Shown: positions 61,850 to 64,000 of the stretch, in pieces
How the letters are laid out: each line of letters starts with the position of its first letter
Position numbering within the stretch: position 1 is the first letter of the stretch
Source: Chiloscyllium plagiosum
Lineage: Eukaryota
Direction of reading: 5' to 3'
Length of the DNA: 64,000 nucleotides
Assembly (NCBI RefSeq): GCF_004010195.1
Contig: NC_057719.1
Location: 42,709,024-42,773,023, forward strand
Notes under the pieces: model-generated
Databases searched by the model: none
What the model saw: only the letters and a program-made list of their open reading frames with translations
What the model was told of the DNA's origin: nothing
Position numbers and translations under genes: made by a program

Positions 61850-63012
61850 TGGTTACTATCCAGATGCAGGAGTTTATGACAGTGAGTGAGGCATTAAAAA
61901 GAGACCAGAGGCAGGAGGAGACTCAGACTTTAGAATTGTTCAACAGGTTTGAAGTTCTTTCAACTTGTTGTCTGGATGAGATAGAGGGCTCCAGGGTAAT
62001 GCGCTAACTGATCATGGAAGCTATTGTACAGGAAACCATTCAAGTGGTACTGAAAAAGAATATATTAAAGCAGTATAGTCAGTGGGATTGACACCATTTT
62101 CTGTAACAATTAGTGAGAATCCAGGCAGCGGTGTTGTTTGTCTGGCACCAAGGTTTGGGACATCTGCTCAAGACTGGGAAGAAGTTTTCAATGAGAGAAG
62201 GAGGATTCAGTTGTCATGGTCCATTAATATCTGCATCAGAGGTACACCAAAAATAAGGTTAGCATTGTCAGTATGTGGAACTAGGTGCCAAATTCAAAAC
62301 CAGAACCTGAAAGGTCATAAACTTGGCATTATTACGTAAACTACATGCAAATTGGCATTGGGCAAATCAAATTAGAGAGGTGTATGTATGGATCAAAGAC
62401 TGCTATGGGAGGAATAGGTTCTGTACTTTGGGGCATAGACAGTACTACTTGGAAAAGTGGAATCTGTACCAATACAATGGTCCCAACCTGAACTGGGTGG
62501 GGCTGGTCTTCCAGCCAACTGCATAAATTGGAAGAATGTTGTTAAACCTGACAGATTTCAGAAAACATTTACAAGAATGTCTTTGGAACTGGAAGGTTTG
62601 AGTTATACTGAGAGTTTGAATAAGCTGGCGCTTTTTTCCCTGAAGCATCAGAGGCTGAGGGGTGACCTTTTAGAGGTTTATTGCATCATGAGAGCCATGG
62701 ATAGGGTGAATAGTTAAGTCTTTTTCTAAAACTAGAGGACATCAGTTTAAGGTGAAAGGGGAAATAGTTATAAAGGGCCTGAAGGGTAACTGTCACACAG
62801 AGGGTGGTGCTTGTATAGAACTAACTGCCAGAGGAAGTGGCGGAAACAGGTACAATTACAACATTTCAAAGGCATCTGGATGGATATATGCGATGGAAGG
62901 GTTTAGAGGGATATGGACGAAATGCTGGCAAATGAAACGAGGTCAGATTGGGATATCTGATTGGTGCAGATGAGTCTGTCTGCTTCCGTGTGGTATGGTT
63001 CTATGACTCTAT
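61850..63012 (+). mobile_element. CR1 remnant: decayed ORF1 joined to the ORF2 3' end
   Basis: LELFNRFEVLST and esterase-like remnants, then QKTFTRM...QRLRGDLLEVY and TATGACTCTATG tail. Confidence 0.75.
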
Positions 63013-63317
63013 GCTCTGGAATTGACTATACTAGACCTGCCACTGTGCAACAAGATTACTTAATGATCTCATGGTGAAAGTGCCTGGAGATGGCAGCGAG
63101 CCTAATATGATTGAATTTTACATTCAGGTTGTGGGTGAGAGGAGTGAGTGCAAGACATCTTTTTAACTTTAAGTAAGGGGAATTTTGTGGGCATGAAAGC
63201 AGAGTTGGCTAAAGTGCATTGGCAGCTTAGGTTAAAGGATTGGTCAATGGAGATGCAATGGCAGCCTTTTAAGGAGATATTTCACAAAACACGGAATAGT
63301 TTTGTTTTGATTAGGAT

Positions 63318-63670
63318 GGAATATGGGCATGGCTGGCTGGGCTAGCATTTATTACTTGGCTCTAATTGCCCTAACTGAGTTGTTTGGTAGGCCATTTCAG
63401 GGGGCAGTTAAAAGTCAACAACACTGTTGTTGATCAGGAGTTACAGGCAGATCAGACCAGGTAAGGATGGTAGAATTTCTTCCCTAAACAACATTACTGA
63501 GCAAGTTGAATTTTTACGACCAACAATTATGTCGTGGCCATTAGCTAGCTTTTAATTCTAGAATTTATTGAATTCACATTTCACCATTGGTGGGGTGATG
63601 GGATTCAAATCCACGTCCGCAGAACATTAATCTGGGGGATGCTCTGGATTCTACTCCAGGGATATTCTAA
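63318..63670 (-). mobile_element. SINE of the 7036 family
   Basis: GGCTAGCATTTATT...TTTATTGAATTCACATTTCACCAT...GGGATTCAAATCC. Confidence 0.65.
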
Positions 63671-64000
63671 TGAGAAAGAAAAATTCAAAAGAATGGACAC
63701 ACAATCAGTGACTAACGAGGATGATTAAATATTGTATCAAACTTAAAGAAAAAGCCTATAACTGTGCAAAGACAAGTGACACAAGTCAGAAAATTGGACA
63801 GAATGCAAAAAAAAGGTTTTTAAAAAATGACTAAAAAACTCAAATGAAGAGAAAAATTAGAATATGAAAGAAAACTAACCAGAAATTTATAAACACATAG
63901 TAAGTGTTACTGTAAATATTTTTTTTTAAAGTTGGCAATTATACAGGGTCTTGGTGAGGCCACATCTAGAATATTGTGTACAGTTTTGGTCTCCTTTTCT

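Overview
Vertebrate genomic DNA, almost certainly from a shark: it carries HE1-like V-SINEs with (AATCT)n tails and HER1/CR1-type LINEs, and resembles bamboo-shark sequence (inference). The first ~49.4 kb holds the 3' part of a CEP170B gene on the + strand. I traced 11 coding exons from 3063 to the stop at 46349, all GT-AG with consistent phases and encoding ~1330 codons, followed by a ~3.1 kb repeat-free 3'UTR with AATAAA at 49409. There is also a candidate 39-nt cassette exon and a weaker 9-nt microexon candidate. Introns and the downstream region are dense with mobile elements: CR1/HER1 LINE fragments, several tRNA-derived SINE families, Penelope-like elements (PLEs) carrying minimal hammerhead-ribozyme (HHR) motifs, a young solo LTR present in two copies, a decayed Gmr1-type (INT before RT) LTR retrotransposon, a conventional Gypsy integrase remnant and a PIF/Harbinger Myb/SANT pseudogene. 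The most unusual structure is a set of tiny fold-back PLE-terminus insertions (35921, 50827). They share the same symmetry axis immediately 5' of the HHR core and the same 3' end, and their target-site duplications overlap the inverted arm. No prokaryote-type systems (CRISPR, operons) are present. Repeat family names come from motif recognition, not database searches, and repeat boundaries are approximate unless a TSD is given.
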